This document shows, in pieces, positions 38,401 to 53,096 of a DNA stretch of 64,000 nucleotides. The stretch covers positions 36,642,001 to 36,706,000 of the forward strand of contig NC_047020.1 in the NCBI RefSeq assembly GCF_902652985.1. The letters are read 5' to 3'. Under the pieces are notes generated by a model. The model saw only the letters and a program-made list of their open reading frames with translations, was not told the origin of the DNA and did no database searches. A program made the position numbers and the translations under genes. How positions within the stretch are numbered: position 1 is the stretch's first letter; each line of letters opens with the position of its first letter. This DNA is from Pecten maximus. Lineage: Eukaryota.

Positions 38401-39149
38401 ATTGAATTTGTTCTCACATACTTGCAATCAAACGTAAGTTTTTATGAAAGTTTTTCATCGCGCCATCTTCAATGCTCCTTGGAATGTTCGTCAAAATTGA
38501 TGACGACATCATTTACGACTTGGTTACTCTACTATTAGTGCGTAGCGTCATATAGTGCGTGCCGGCTGTTTCCACATTCGGTCACACGAATCATAATAAA
38601 GGATAACAAGGGACCATATAAGAGAAGACCTCTACCCAAGGAAAAGCACTGATTCCTCTGTGGATACATAAACCAATTATTTGTGGAGTGTATTGCCATA
38701 ATTATGATATTTTCATTTAATCTGCAATGCGCAAAATCAAAGATACTTGAAAATAGCGATTATGATAGCGACTTCCTCGTTTTCATTAAGATTCCTTAAA
38801 CGAATTTTCCGAAACACTTTCTCCAGAGATTTGTTCATTTGCAGCAGACTTTTTGGTGCCACCTAAAGGATGTTCCTAATGCGCTGACTGATTGATTTTA
38901 AAGGTCACTCAGGATCTAAATGAGAATATACAAAAAAAAACTTGTAACGAATGGATGTCATGGAAGCAACATAGCAATTGGGATGGCATACTGTACATCT
39001 AAAATCCATCCTACACCGCAGCTTAATCGACTCACCGACTAACGTACATGAGAAACCCTGGTCAACTATACAAGGTCTCGAACCCCTTCTTCATAGTCTT
39101 AAACTAACTATACAAAGCCACTGGACACTTCTATATAGCACTTAACCTA

Positions 39150-39830
39150 CATTATCTCTAGCCCATTCAACAAAACCTCTAGCCCATTTTACATAACCTC
39201 TAGCCCATTCTACATAACCTCTAGCCCATTATTTATAGTTATGAACCCGTTCTACATAGCATTGAAACCTTTCTACTAATTTCATTACAAACTTATTGAT
39301 AAATCTACTGTTATCCAGTGATTTTTAAGCTGACGCAGGAGGCTGCTTTATTTTGAAATTGCCACGTCCATTATGAAGAACTCGTGAGATCTCGAGCTAT
39401 TTATAGGGTAGCCCCCCCTTTAAATCCATATATAATTGAACCCAGACTTTATTGCCTCGAACCTGTTCTTAATAGCCTAAAACCCATTCTATGTAGCCTC
39501 TAATCCATTCTAAATAGCCTCAAACCTTTTCAATAGTTTCGTACCTATACTACTAAATTTTGTGAATCCACATATCTTCGAAATTATTTTACATAGCCTC
39601 AAACTCATTTTACATAGCCAGGAACCGATTCTACATACTTGAGTAGTCTCGAACCAATTCTACATATTTATTGATGTTACGAGTTTTACGTCCGCCATTA
39701 CGGCCTTAATACCTTCCATGTATCATACTCTACATAGTCTCGAACTCATTCTTAATAGTTTCGAACCAATTCTACATATCATCGAATACATTCTACATAG
39801 TCCCGAACCGAGTGTACTTAGTCTCGAACC
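39150..39830 (+). repeat. Degenerate ~22-bp repeat
   Basis: CTCTAGCCCATTCTACATAAC-like and TCTCGAACCAATTCTACATAG-like units in patches. Confidence 0.6.
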
Positions 39831-42744
39831 AGGTGTGTTATTGTGGTATTAATCGCATTGTTGCCATTACTATTCTAATAGTTTTGTTTTTTTAAGTTTT
39901 ATTTTTTTATTTTTTAGCTTTTTCCAAGATTACCGTAGATTGAACTTTTGCTTCGTGCGAATTAACCAGAGTTTGCCTAAACCATTATAGGAAATTTCAT
40001 TTATTTCTGGATAGATTCAAACTCTTATCAGAGGTAGCATATCAACAGTATGGACTGTTTCCAGAAACGGTTTATATTCCCCAGAGCAATAAATCGGTTT
40101 TTAATACACCGAAAACTTCATTATGATTTTTGTCAAAAAATCTGTTATCGAAAGAATGTTTAATCCTGTACACACCAAACGGTGCAAGAGCTGCGGGAAA
40201 ATATGATGTGTTGTCAATTCCATGCACGCACTGCGTGAAGATACATGTATTTTTGTGTCCCAGTTATGTGATGGATTTTGAATACGAATCAATGCAGTAT
40301 TTTATATCAAAATCAATAAACGGTTTACAAAATATTTCCTAAAGCAAAATTTCTAAAAGACGGGTTTTTGCAGAGTTCCATAGTCATATGACCAATATTC
40401 TCAATGGTAGAAGCATTCCGTACTACGTACCCTCCATTCATATAATTAGCCCCCCAACCCCCAACCCCCAACCCCCCTACCCCACCCCACCCCTCCCCAT
40501 CCCTATCCACCTCTCATCCTCTACACCCTCATCGTGAAACGTGATATCATGCTTCCCTTTAATACATTAATTTCTTTACTTTCTAGAAAGCTGCTAATTC
40601 CTTCTCGGATCATTTCTTCGTCTTTGCAATATTTGTTCCTGTTACTCGTATGCCCATAGAACATGCCATTAGTCTTTGAAAAATAGACATCAGACAATTG
40701 CGACGGCCACAATTTACCATTATTGTCAGTCCTGTTAAACGTAGCATCCATATAGGCCAAAATATCACCACATGAAAGTGATTCAGTTATCTTTACGTTG
40801 CGGATATTGCTGTCTTGAGACCAGACTATTTAATTGTATATTAGCTAAAGTCTACCCATTGTTATATATTCGTAGTTTTGTTCTAATCGCCGACAAATCA
40901 GAGAGAAAGAAACCCATAACAGTCAACAGCGTTGCCAAAAGATCCCTGGAATGGTCAATATACATCAAGAGAATCCATGAATATTTAATGAGCTGGCTGG
41001 TTGATTGTAACCTTTCAGTATAACTGTCTGCTGTTCCTATGTCCAGCCTTACTCCCTGTTGGTTTCGGATGTTAAAGGCTTAAAATGAAGAATTTACAGT
41101 CCACCTTGCTTTCCAGAATGCCGTCCTCGAAAGTCAAGTCGGATGAAACCAAATAAACTATTGTGATTTCCATACAAAAGAGGTATCGATCGTGCAAACT
41201 CTCGCCAAGGATGTGTTTCGTAAACATCAGATCATTGCAGTGTCACCTTGTAATATGATAGTTATTTATGTGTATATCCGGGTTCTAATTTAAGAAGCGT
41301 AAAAATCTGTTAAGGCGTCTATGTATATATTATTCACGAGAAGACTTAAATATATTATAAATAATCTGTTTTCTTAATCAAATATCTTGATTGTTTTCCG
41401 AAAGCCTGATTGCAGGATCCGCCATTAGGTAGAAATGTAACGCAGCTAAAGCTATAGTTTCTTCAAGAAGAAAAATGAAGAAGAAAAGAAGAATCTTGAT
41501 GATAAATTTATTTAAACTTAGTTTAGGTAAGCGCATTAGGAATAAAATAAAAATGCTATTTTCGACCAAAACGCAAAAACAGGATCTTTAAGATTTTGTA
41601 ATTATCCTATTTTATTTAAAATCTGTTTTCATGTTTGCTCTAATATGTCTTGCGAATTGCCGAAGGCACATAAAGTTCTAAAATCATCTGCTTCTTCAAA
41701 TTATCATCAATTTGCTACAATAGATACCAAATATAGCTGGGCGAGCTCTGAAATCGATTAGATTGTCAGTAATAAACTATATTTAGGTTATCCAATTTGA
41801 GAAAAGAATTCAGATATCAATACTGAACGTCAAAATGGGTGCAGATGATATTTATGAGTAAAAAGTGTTAGCCCAAGGTCTTCCACTTCTTTAACATCAA
41901 GTTAACAAAATTCAATCATTTCTGTTTCTGGCCTTCATCATACGTCAACAATTTTTGACTATTAAGAAAAATAAATATGTATTTCTTTTTTACATATCCT
42001 GCACGTCAAGCTGGAATTGGTCTTAAACTACCCAATGATCATTTCGAGAAATATACAAAAGACAATATAACTGTCAGAAAGGAACATATACTAATATATT
42101 TGTCTTAGCAGTAATGAAGGCCTGTCTCTATTCTACCTTCTTTTGGCAACTCAGGCTTGCATATTTCAGGTTGATGAGGTGATTTATTGTATTCGTCTGG
42201 TGATAAATTTAATGAACTGTGAATCTTTTCATGTTCTATTTGTGTCAAGACCGACCAATGAGATTGGCGAAGGCAATATATGCGATCCTGGTATTTTCAT
42301 AAAAGAATTTTGTTTATAGAGCGTATCTTTACAAGACTATCAATAAATACTGGGAACTTGAGCTTGTGAAAGAATACGAAAAACAGTTCTTCATAAAATA
42401 ATCGTTTTCATATCCGTGCTAGAAGCAATATTTCATTGTTGATATATAAAGGCCAAACAATAATTCATCTGTGCATATTGATAATCAATATTAATTTGGA
42501 TAGATGTATCTTCAATTTTGTTTATTTCGATACGTAAACCAAAACAAATCTAACGTTTTGGCGGACTAATACTAATCACGTGGCGGTAATTCACAATAAG
42601 ACACAAATCCTTACGCCCATGTTATGTTATTGACTTGGTTTCCAGACAACACACATACTTACTATATACCTTATAGTTTAATTCATTTTGGCACTACTGT
42701 ATTAATGTCTCGGCTAATGTAGAGTTTGTGTTTCGTAAACCTTT

Positions 42745-43037
42745 GCAGGTCAATGTGCAGGTCAATGTGCAGGTCAATGTGCAGGTCAATGTGCAGGTCA
42801 ATGTGCACGTCAAGGTGCAGGTCAAGGTGCAGGTCAAGGTGCAGGTCAAGGTGCAGGTCAAGGTGCAGGTCAAGGTGCAGGTCAAGGTGCAGGTCAAGGT
42901 GCAGGTCAAGGTTCAGGTCAAGGTGCAGGTCAAGGTGCAGGTCAAGGTGCAGGTCAAGGTGCAGGTCAACTTTGCATGTCAACTTTGCAGGTCAAGGTGC
43001 AGGACAAGCTGCAGGCCAAGGTGCAGGTCATGGTGCA
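42745..43037 (+). repeat. 12-bp minisatellite (GTGCAGGTCAAG)n
   Basis: About 24 units. It explains the VQVK/CRSR/LHLD ORFs. Confidence 0.95.
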
Positions 43038-44467
43038 GTTGGTAAAGTGTAGATACTGTTGTTGGAACTTTCCGGTTACCGATGTTCAATGTAACTTGTT
43101 TTCACGTTTTATTCCATTTTTATAGTGATATTGTTCAGAATATACACTTATAATCTTTCGAAATCCAGTATTTGAATTAAGAAGTCTATTGAATTATAGA
43201 TCATTTGCACCTCCCCATCCAGATTTGACATTATTCGAGTTTTTTTGGTCGTCATCTCTGGTCAACACTTAAGACTCTAAGTATCACAAACGAGTCGTTG
43301 CAGTTATATGTTGAATAGTTTTCAGCTCTACTGTATCTTACACTCAATTTGTTTAGAAATGTAATAATATTGTATGCGTGTTTTGTACAATCTACGACAT
43401 AATGCCACACATAAGCGTAACATTGTATTAATCTTATATATATTTCAATTTCTACTTAAGTTGGACCCAATGAAACTACCAATCGGTTTCATATGTCCAT
43501 GAATTTAACCAGATTAACATCAATCTACCCGTATGAAAAACACCCAACCCAAATGTACATTCGACATGGACCTCAGATTCTGAGAATTTAAGTGCGATTT
43601 TCAACAAAAAAACTGCTAAAATCCCTTATTCCCGCCCGAAGATTGATGCCTAGTTTAGTATAAATATGCCCATTTACAATCAACATCCTGATGCTGTAAA
43701 TCGTACGAGTGGGCAGTGGACTGGGAATAAAACATTCGTGTCAGGTTCCTGTGTGATAGGCGGTCGAAATAACACCTCTATTTGGATCAATGTATGCAAG
43801 GAAGTTCAATCGATCATAAAGAACTATCGGTAAACATTTAGTAAAGAAAGCTTTTAGTTTATGAGTTTCGTAAAGTCACAACCAACTCTGTAACATGTTT
43901 CGTAAAGATGGCTGTTCAGTTTGTATCGAAGCGGGAGACAACTAGAGAACACAGTCTAGTAATTATTCGTTTTCATAATGAATTTTAATGATGCTAGTTT
44001 TTTATATTGTTTTATGGTAAGTGTCTTGCATAATCGCATTTTCGTCTTAGTAGTACTGCTTGGTCATCATCTGATGACTGGCTATTTCTTTTAACATCAA
44101 CCATTAAACTTTCACCAGATTCTAGTAACTGAAGACTTGTAAGATTGTTCAATGCGTGTTAACTGCAATATAAGGATTGAATGTTGCTTTCAATATTTTT
44201 TGTCACAAGACGCAAGAGCAACTCAATTCATCACACCATGAAATCGACCAAAGTAGCATACAATCCTTAAATGCAAAACAGCGGCTTTAAATCGGCGTTT
44301 TGGTGTGCACTATATTTCACGAAGCAGATTACAAAGAAAAGTTAATTCAATAAGGCGTACTAGGTACGAATACATACGAATACATTTAAATATTTTTCCT
44401 GAAAAGATATTTAGAAATGTATAAATATAATATATAATGGGCACAATGTTATAGGACTTCGGAGATG

Positions 44468-44766
44468 TGTTTGTTTGTTGAATTCATCGCCCTGTCAATT
44501 ACCAGGGCCATTTTGAGGCGTGCTCTCCATGTAGTAGCTGGTAGATACATTACTGAACAGGATACGGGAGGCCTGTCGTAAGTCATCTAGAGCAATAAGG
44601 AAAAGTGTTTGTCCAAGGATACAACCACGCCACAACAGCAAAGACCGATCCCTTTCTTAGCTTCTCGAGAAGCATAAAACGCCTGGACAGGGAGTGTCGA
44701 ACAACGTACCTCGGATTTCTGAGGTTGAAAAGCCTGACGTTCTAATCGACTGAGCTACCGCAGCCC
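44468..44766 (-). mobile_element. tRNA-derived CORE-like SINE
   Basis: Minus strand starts GGGCTGCGGTAGCTCAGTCGATTAGA (A box), contains GGTTGTATCCTTGGACAAACACTTT (CORE-like), and ends in an (AAAC)n tail. Homologous to 49589-49828. Confidence 0.75.
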
Positions 44767-47700
44767 ATACTTCTGGGAGAAATCTTATCATCTAGCTGGG
44801 CAGATCACTATGTTTTTTTTTTCTCATTCGATAGTGGAAATAAAAAGATCGTCCTGGTATAAAACAAGTCTATTCCGCCAGTCGGACACTTTTTGGGTGA
44901 TGCTTAGACAACATGTAAGCAGTAACAGCGTGAATAGTAACCGGTGCCCAGCTGTCAAAAATGATCTTTAAAAAATGCGGCATTATTGTCAATTAGAAAC
45001 TGTTAGTGGGGCGACCAAATAATTGGTGGCTAAATTATATTGAAGCTTTAGGTATGTATATCGATCGACTGCATGATTTTATATACATATTAACTTCGTC
45101 CATCTTGTTATAATTGTATATCTACATTTTATTGGAAATGATCAAAACTAATAATTCAGTATTGTATTCCCAATATGTAAAGAAGACTCATTCTTTCAGT
45201 TTTTGTTCGTTCCACATTCGTGAGGTCATTAACACGTAGTCCTGATCATTACAATATAATTTCATGTTTACATTCTGGGTAAATTGCCTACATTATATTA
45301 GAAACGAGCAGATCGAATCACTTAATATTGTGTTCCCCATATGTTAAGTAGATTCATTGTTTCGTGTTTTCCTCCTTTCACAATCCTGAAGTCATTAACA
45401 CGTATCCCTACTCATTACAATATATTGGCGACTGGAAGAGTGAACGGCTTAACCACCATACACTTGACTGACATTACGTCAGGTCACACGTTTTAATGAC
45501 TCGGAAAGAACCTCTTGATTGTCCTAAAGGTACATTTAGCAAGAAATAGAAGCAGATAAAATTTACAATGAATGTAATTAAATTGTTCGCTAATTCGAAG
45601 TTTACATCAGCTTGACGAATTGTACTCTGCTGTAAAATCGGTATGCCAAACAAGACACAGAGAGGAAAGACAACACAAGACACGTGTAGTAGAGGTGTTG
45701 ATATGTTTATTTGTTTGTTTCTTCGTTAATTTGTTATGTTTTTTTTTTTTTTTTTTTGCTTTATGCATGTTTTTGAAAGACATCCGTTCTAATGACATTA
45801 CCCATGGGCCATAATAAGAGTACTCTTCCACTTAATTGTCGCCATGACGACACCTAGCCAATATATTCTACCAGAATGCCTCCCAGCGAAAGCTTCGTAT
45901 CATCACGGCAACCTGTCTTAAATACCCCATCTTGGTCCTGGAGGATTAGTGCATTACCATAACCGAAGAGATGAATGGTAGAGGTCTATGAGGACAATGA
46001 AAAAACAATGGTCGGTTTATCCTGCTGCATGTTGATCATCTTAGGAGATTTAATATCATCCTTGCACAACTGGGGATTTTTCGTCGATGTAATATGCGTT
46101 GGCGTTCTATTTCTGAATCTTTTTTGAGTAGACATTGGGAGAGCCAAGATAAAGACAAGAAAAGAGTCTATGTCCTTGTCAAAGGATGCGAAGTTGGAAA
46201 TTTGGAAGTATAGAGAGATATGTCTGTTTAATTGCGTAAGAAGATGTTCCCCTTGGAACAATTTTAGTAAGATGCAAATGTATCTAGACAAAATTGCCTG
46301 CTGCCTGATAGAAACATTTTGGACAATGATCTTTTTCATTTTTCATTTGTTTTTTGTTTTTGTTTTTTGTTTTAGTTTTTTTAGTGGTAATGTCCTGAAC
46401 GTTTTCCTTATCCGATCCCGAAGACTTTGAGATTTGACCAAGTGTCGTTTATGCCAATAATGCTAAGACATCTGTTATGTAATTTTCCGTATGTTCATCT
46501 TCGATTGCCGTAAAATTACGGCTGCCATGACAACGGGGACTTCATTGTGTGACGTTTCTATTACCTTTGTTATTTTCCTCAGTACGTAACGACTTTTCAT
46601 TTTCACAGCGAAACGAGTCAACAATCTAAAAATATCATCATCAGCTCGTTATTGTCGGAGGTATACTGATTACAAATGGCAGTTATTAATGACATAAACG
46701 CTATTAACATTCAAAGACAATAATTCAAGAATCAAATGAAAGGTTGCTGCATATGCTTCCTACCTTAGCAATTTTGTCAGCGCGGATTTAAAAACATGTA
46801 GTGAAACAACGCTGAATAGCTCATAGCGAAATCAATTATTTCACACGTTCTATATATACCTTAAAGATATTATTTGATCAAAATCGTTCCTAATTAGCAA
46901 ACACAGCCAAAGTAACGAGTGGATGGCATTTTGAAAAAAGAATACTGATATTCTTCAAATATCAAGAAGCATTAAGATCAACCATGCTACAACGAACTAT
47001 CTGGATCCTTGCCTACTCTCCGTTGGCTTCAATCATCTTTAAATTTATTGCCAACTAACAAACACTACTAACAGGCAAGGAAATAGTTTTCCTAACAAGA
47101 TAAACCCCGCTAACAAGAGAAATATTGATACATTTCCCTCAGGATACCAGAGAAATTTGAATCTGAGAATTTAATTGTACGCTCATACTACCTTCATAGT
47201 TCATACCAACTAATATTGTAGATCTATACAAAGTTCCTACGAAAGTACATATTTCGCTTCTATCAATATTTCTATCATTGCCCATTCACAGTTGATTATA
47301 CACTATGATGGATTGTGATGGCTGATGAAGATATTCCCTGGGTGATAGACTCATAGATGAGTAAGAGAAGAGATTTCTATCTCTGTTCACACCTCATTTA
47401 ACAGTCATATATATTTACACTGGAAGGGGTCGGCAAATTAGACAGGAATTTCTCATAAGAAATATTGTCGCCATGTTCAGTGGGTTGTAAAACGCTTAAG
47501 ATGTCAGTTATATTCATTGAAAGGATGTAATGAAGAAAAAATGCCCATCCAATTTGAAAAACAAGACATCAGCTTTAAATATTAGTTTATGAGGAATAGT
47601 AAATAAGAGAAGATTTTATTTAGTACCTCTTAATTTCTTCCCGTGTGCTAAAGGTATCAAATCCGATATTTCAAGGTTGCTCAATTTTCCATATACCTAC

Positions 47701-48294
47701 CCGCCATGATGATAACTATAATTATTGTCATTAACTGACTCAAGGTTTTCCAAAATAATACTTAAGAGCTATTTCAACTACACTCTCTAGCCAGCTGAAA
47801 TGATAGAATTGTCACCCGGCTCTACCGTCATATCTATTTGTCATATTGGACCGTTTTCCTTTCAATTATTCTTGATTAATGGTTTCTTCGTCAACTGAAT
47901 CCGATTGAATTATACAACTAGAAAGCCATGTTACTCTTGAAACGTCTTCCTCTGTGTATTGTTTTTGTTTTATAAAATGTTTATCCATTAATATGGGTTC
48001 AAAACGGCGCCATAGAATTTTACCGCTTTGTAATTCAGTGGCATTGCAAATATTTCCAACATTATCCAAAAGGTAGTGTTTAAAATGTGTGCTATAATGT
48101 GCAATGATAGGTATGAAAACGAAGAATTTACGGTGTCTAGTGAAATTTAAAAAATAATAAAAACAACAAAAACTAAATATTATGTGTTTTATAAACACGG
48201 CAATCATAGGGGATATATGGAACTATTTAACTCATGTTCAAAGTTTGATAACCTCAATTTTTTAATATTTCAGCACAAGTTATAAATACAATTG

Positions 48295-48338
<44 letters not shown>
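48295..48338 (+). repeat. (TAGA)11 microsatellite
   Basis: Perfect tetranucleotide run. Confidence 0.95.
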
Positions 48339-48339
<1 letters not shown>

Positions 48340-49588
48340 TCACCATATTGACTATGAATGCCAACTGAAAGCCGTTCAATTCTTATATTTACCATCTGCG
48401 ATTTTTTTATTTGTCATGCGATTTTTGTTTTGAAATTTTCAAATTAAAATTCCCCGCGCTTTCCAGTAGCTGATATCACTTCCTGTTGGCAGTTCATAGG
48501 CTGGTGAACTCGCAACTGAATTGGTAGGGTTATATAGTGGCAGTGCCATACAATGGTAAATATAATACGATAAACAGCAATATCAACAGGCAATATAAAT
48601 TTGAAACGAATGCAACCGCTATATCAATATTTTTATATGGGATATATGAAAGCTCTCGTTTACGTTTGTACCGAGACTTCTCCATTGACAAAGAGGAATC
48701 ATTTCGATATCCGTATTACCCAGGGCTTACGTTCGCTCCGATTAATCTGTAAATATTTATAAATAAGAAATGTTATTAAAACGTATACGACCTCATGCAG
48801 TGGGATTCACCTTTTGACGTTCTTAAACTAAATACAGAAGTATTTACAAGAAATATAGCCTGTGTATTGAGCCCTTATTATCGTAAATATAAAACTTTAA
48901 TATGTGCACTATTTGGAGCGGAAGGCTTTTGGCACTAATGTGTAATTTGTCCTTCTAAAGTGGTTGACAGTCAATCGCGGCTATCTGTATAGACATGATG
49001 CCCTATTGAACATTTTCATAAAATAGACCCTTTAATATACTGAGAACAGAGTAAGGCTGAAATCAACAACAGACAACATCAATCATAGTCGCTGATACGT
49101 GTTAAAGGTCGCGCATGCGTGATAAAGATCATGGGGACAAATTTTGGTACTCTGTCAGCCGACCAAAGGGGAACACATTCCACAATACAACCCCTTCTAT
49201 ATCCTTAATGTTGAGCTATTCTCTGAATGTCCCGAGGCATGCTACATCAACATACCAATATGTATTTACAGTTTTATAAATCATAAACATCTACGCTGAA
49301 ATTTGATTTTCCTGTATGAATAATTTGCACTGAATGCTTTGATGTCTCTTTGTAAAAAAATTCTTCACGACCTCGTGCACTTTTTTAATATGAACGCAAA
49401 GGGAAGATGTTTTGCATCTTAAAATAATTGAAATCTCAGTTCACCGTATTTGTGAAATTAAATTCAGTAAGACATAGTGACAGTAAGCTGGATTTAAAAT
49501 TCCTTTTTTCATGTCCCTCTAACAGTAAAATTATATGTCCTAATGGTGTCTGTTGAAAAAAAGTGTAAGTCTGTCTCAATAACTGTAA

Positions 49589-49828
49589 GGGCCGCAAAAG
49601 CTGAACCGGTTTAAACGCCGGCGAGGCAGCCATGTAATAGGGCTGGTCTGTGCTGTTGTGGTTGTATCCTTGGACATGACACTTTACCCTTATTGCTCTG
49701 GATGGCATTCGCCAGACCTTTCGTGTATTGATCAGTGAGGTGGCCATCAGCTACTACAGGAGACCCCCCACTCAAAATGACCATGCCAATCCATGCGGCG
49801 ATAAACCCAGCGACTAAACAAAACCAAT
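49589..49828 (+). mobile_element. CORE-like SINE, diverged copy
   Basis: GTGGTTGTATCCTTGGACATGACACTTTACCCTTATTGCTCTGGATG...CAGCTACTACA...CTCAAAATG matches the reverse complement of 44468-44766. Confidence 0.7.
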
Positions 49829-52020
49829 TCATTAACCCTGTTGCAATAACATTACCTTCCGCTTTGCTATATTTCTCTGACTATAGGCAAATCATGGGCG
49901 TGTTGAAAGAAACTGCTGGATTAAAAGATTCAATGAAGATGCGAAAGATTTGCAGTCAGGGGATGAATTAAAACAATTAGATAATACCGACCTAGGTTTT
50001 ATCAACACCATAATTCGACCTCAAAATAACAAACATGACAGGAAAGTGGATTAACATCGAGGCCGATGCAAAGGACTAAATCTTACGTGACATTCCTGGA
50101 TTTGAATAGATTCACATCCGTCGATGTCGCACACAATTTATGCATATTCCATTGTGTTCATAAACCTGCATCTTTCTGAATCCTTCAAATACCATTAGCA
50201 GCAGACGAGAAGATAGTCACCTCATACCATCACACTGTGGGGTGCAGTTGGCAGAATCCGTCTTAAATCACAAGAGGGTTCTTTACAGAATTCGACTTTC
50301 AATGTCATATCTACAAATAAGTCATTCACGTAAAAGAATGGAAAGTTAGCAGTAAATAATGAAGGCCTCTTTCGTAATTTTATCTTATTTCGTAAATCCT
50401 GATCAGCTATGCGGAGTTAATGTAGATTGTGCGTTATCATGATCAGTAAGTTCGATCAATGGGTTCAATAAGTACAGAACATATTCCTGAGTCCATGTGG
50501 AGAGGCGCGCTACAGACAACAGCTGCTGGGCATCTAAAACCCATTAAAATGTTTTTCTTGCGTGATCTGTTGTACAATACCGGTAAAAAAATTCCCTCGA
50601 GTATCGGGGCGTTACTGAAAACAAACCTCGTGTTGTTTCGTGATCAACATTTCACGGATATTATAACGTATGACAACCGGTTCAAAATCATATTTCTATC
50701 AAATACACCGACAGCGAGTAACCTTTTTTCTGAGTGATTCATTGCAGGCAGCAGGTTACATCAGAGTCACTCTTCAGCTAAAAGAGAAACCATTTTTGAA
50801 TTTCCAACAATACAATTCGGTAGGATTTTACGTCACAAAATGGATGGCAGTTTGCATTGATCATTTTCCGTGTCAGACCACGGTGTTATAAACGTTCCTT
50901 AATATACAATGTCATTGGAGATAAGGGAAAGGTTCAGGAAGTTCCTTAATTCCGTAATGCTTCAGAAAGGAATATCAAAAATGGACAAATTTTCTCAAGT
51001 TAAGGAATATTGACGAAACTTGGGTAAAAATAAAACGTAAATTAAAAACACGGTTGATTTTCAACTGAGATCAATATAAAATCTCACAAAATATTGCTAG
51101 TCTAATATTGCTGACTTAAAGCAGACGAATATGAGCACGTGCTGACGGCGTGACTTAACTATAATAAGACAGAATTATACAATAATAGATCAAGGATTCA
51201 TTAACATGAAAAGGCTGTATTAAAGACCTTTTTGGCGTGAATATATACAAGATCACGGCAGAGCAACTTAGTCAAGCAGGTGTCACGTTTCTCTAGCGTG
51301 CAGCACGCAACCGATAAAAGTGTCCTATTCCACGTGTTAAAAAACAACGGTGTCAGTCAAAGGCCTTCTGACAGAGCGGAAAATGTATATATTCCAATTA
51401 AACTATCAAAACAAACATACGAGAAGAAAACGTAATTTGCAAACCTTGAGAACCTTTAAAAGTTCGCTCAGGGGGTCCGAATTATTTTCGAACAAATCGT
51501 ATCGCCTTGACTTAGCCCTAGTCATCAAGTATATTATCGACCAGTGCCCTATATTCTTTGTTTTTATTTTATCTACGTCCTTTACGAGTTCGACTTCAAC
51601 GTCATTACTTTTTCAATACACGTGTGTAATATTGCCTTAAAAGATTTAGAAATATTGAAATATGTATTCATAATCGATTTAAAATAGATTTTATTCAGAT
51701 TTATATATTAGGACATTGACTTGGAAAAGGCACGTTTGAAGCTGTCATTAAAAAATCATCAACTTTTAAAAGTATATATACATGTTCTTGTCATATCTGT
51801 AAGACTTCGCATGAAGTTAAATAAAATTGAGATGTACAAAAACCTTTATAAAGACATCAGACAGGATTCATGTCATTGGCTTTTCTTTAAATTATCCTAT
51901 TATGTATCTCCAGCTTACCATCATTTTCGAGTTGTCAAATCTTAATGAACAGGAATACGTGTAACCCTATCGTCTTCAGAAAACCCCGCCGTATGACTTT
52001 CACAGAGTGGTAAGGTACAC

Positions 52021-52243
52021 TTAGTTTTGTTTTTGGTTTATTTTTGTTTAAGTGTCCAGGGTCATTTAAGGGCATACCTGGTTTCGAGGTGGAGGAAAGC
52101 TGGAGTACCCAGAGAAAAATCACTGGCCTACGGTCAGTACCTGGCAATTAACTGTCCAACGTAGGTTTCGAACTCGCAACCGAGAGGTGGAGGGCTAGTG
52201 ATAAAGTGTCGGGACACCTTAACCACTCGGCCATCGCGACCCC
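52021..52243 (-). mobile_element. tRNA-derived V-domain-like SINE
   Basis: Minus strand GGGGTCGCGATGGCCGAGTGGTTAAGG (A box), GAGTTCGAAACC (B box), TTTTTCTCTGGGTACTCCAGCTTTCCTCCACC and an A-rich tail. 13-bp TSD with 2 mismatches (52008-52020 vs 52244-52256). Confidence 0.8.
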
Positions 52244-53096
52244 TGATAAGGTAAACAGCTAGATATCTGCCTCTAAACTGTTAAACATAATCAAAGTACG
52301 AAATGCTGATGTCGGTATCGAAAATCGATAATATATAAGCAAATACAACAAATATTGATCAATGACGGAAATTTTAATACACGATTCGTGGAAATATTAA
52401 GACATAACAGGAAAAAATGAATTAATTTAGTCCGGAAGATTATATTTTCTTTAGACATGTACAAAATTAGAATAATATACCATGTATTGCTTTTATTCAA
52501 TATTCACCTCAAACGTTCGAGTTTGAATCGTTCAGTCAATATCCCCTTTTGAAATGTCCCTTAGACGTCCAATTTATGTATTAAACCACTCTATAACTGA
52601 ATGTTCAACTGTGAGAAGCCGTTAGGTATTTAAATTTTATTTCAGTGCAAGCTATAAAAACAGCTGTTATAGTCGTGTGCATTATCTGTGCCAATGTCGG
52701 AACGCTCCATAACCCCGTCCAAGTGTATTTGGTGGCTCAGTGTGTCATGTCGACGTCCTCAATATGCAGAAACCGTCCCGCACTAGTCCGGGGCCCTCTC
52801 TTATTTATATTTAACTGCTACAGAGGAGAATCATTTTAAAACGTTAAATCTGAAAGGTCTCTATGACCAGCATGCTTAGCTACAATTCTGAAATCAACAA
52901 CATACCATGACCTTAATTTTCTAGATATCACCCTTAAATTTACTGTACTGTCTTCTAAACAAGACACGAAACATATCTCGTCGTAAAATGTATAAACAAA
53001 ATTAACTTATCTTAAAGTTATCGTGCTAGTACGGAAGCCGAATAGGACCAATGAAAAAAATAGACTTAGTTGGTATCATTAAAAAATAAATAAAAA

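Noticed and set aside
42683-43052. VQVK / CRSR / LHLD repeat proteins
   Set aside because: Products of a 12-bp minisatellite. Only the decayed PAPR reading is kept, as a speculative finding.
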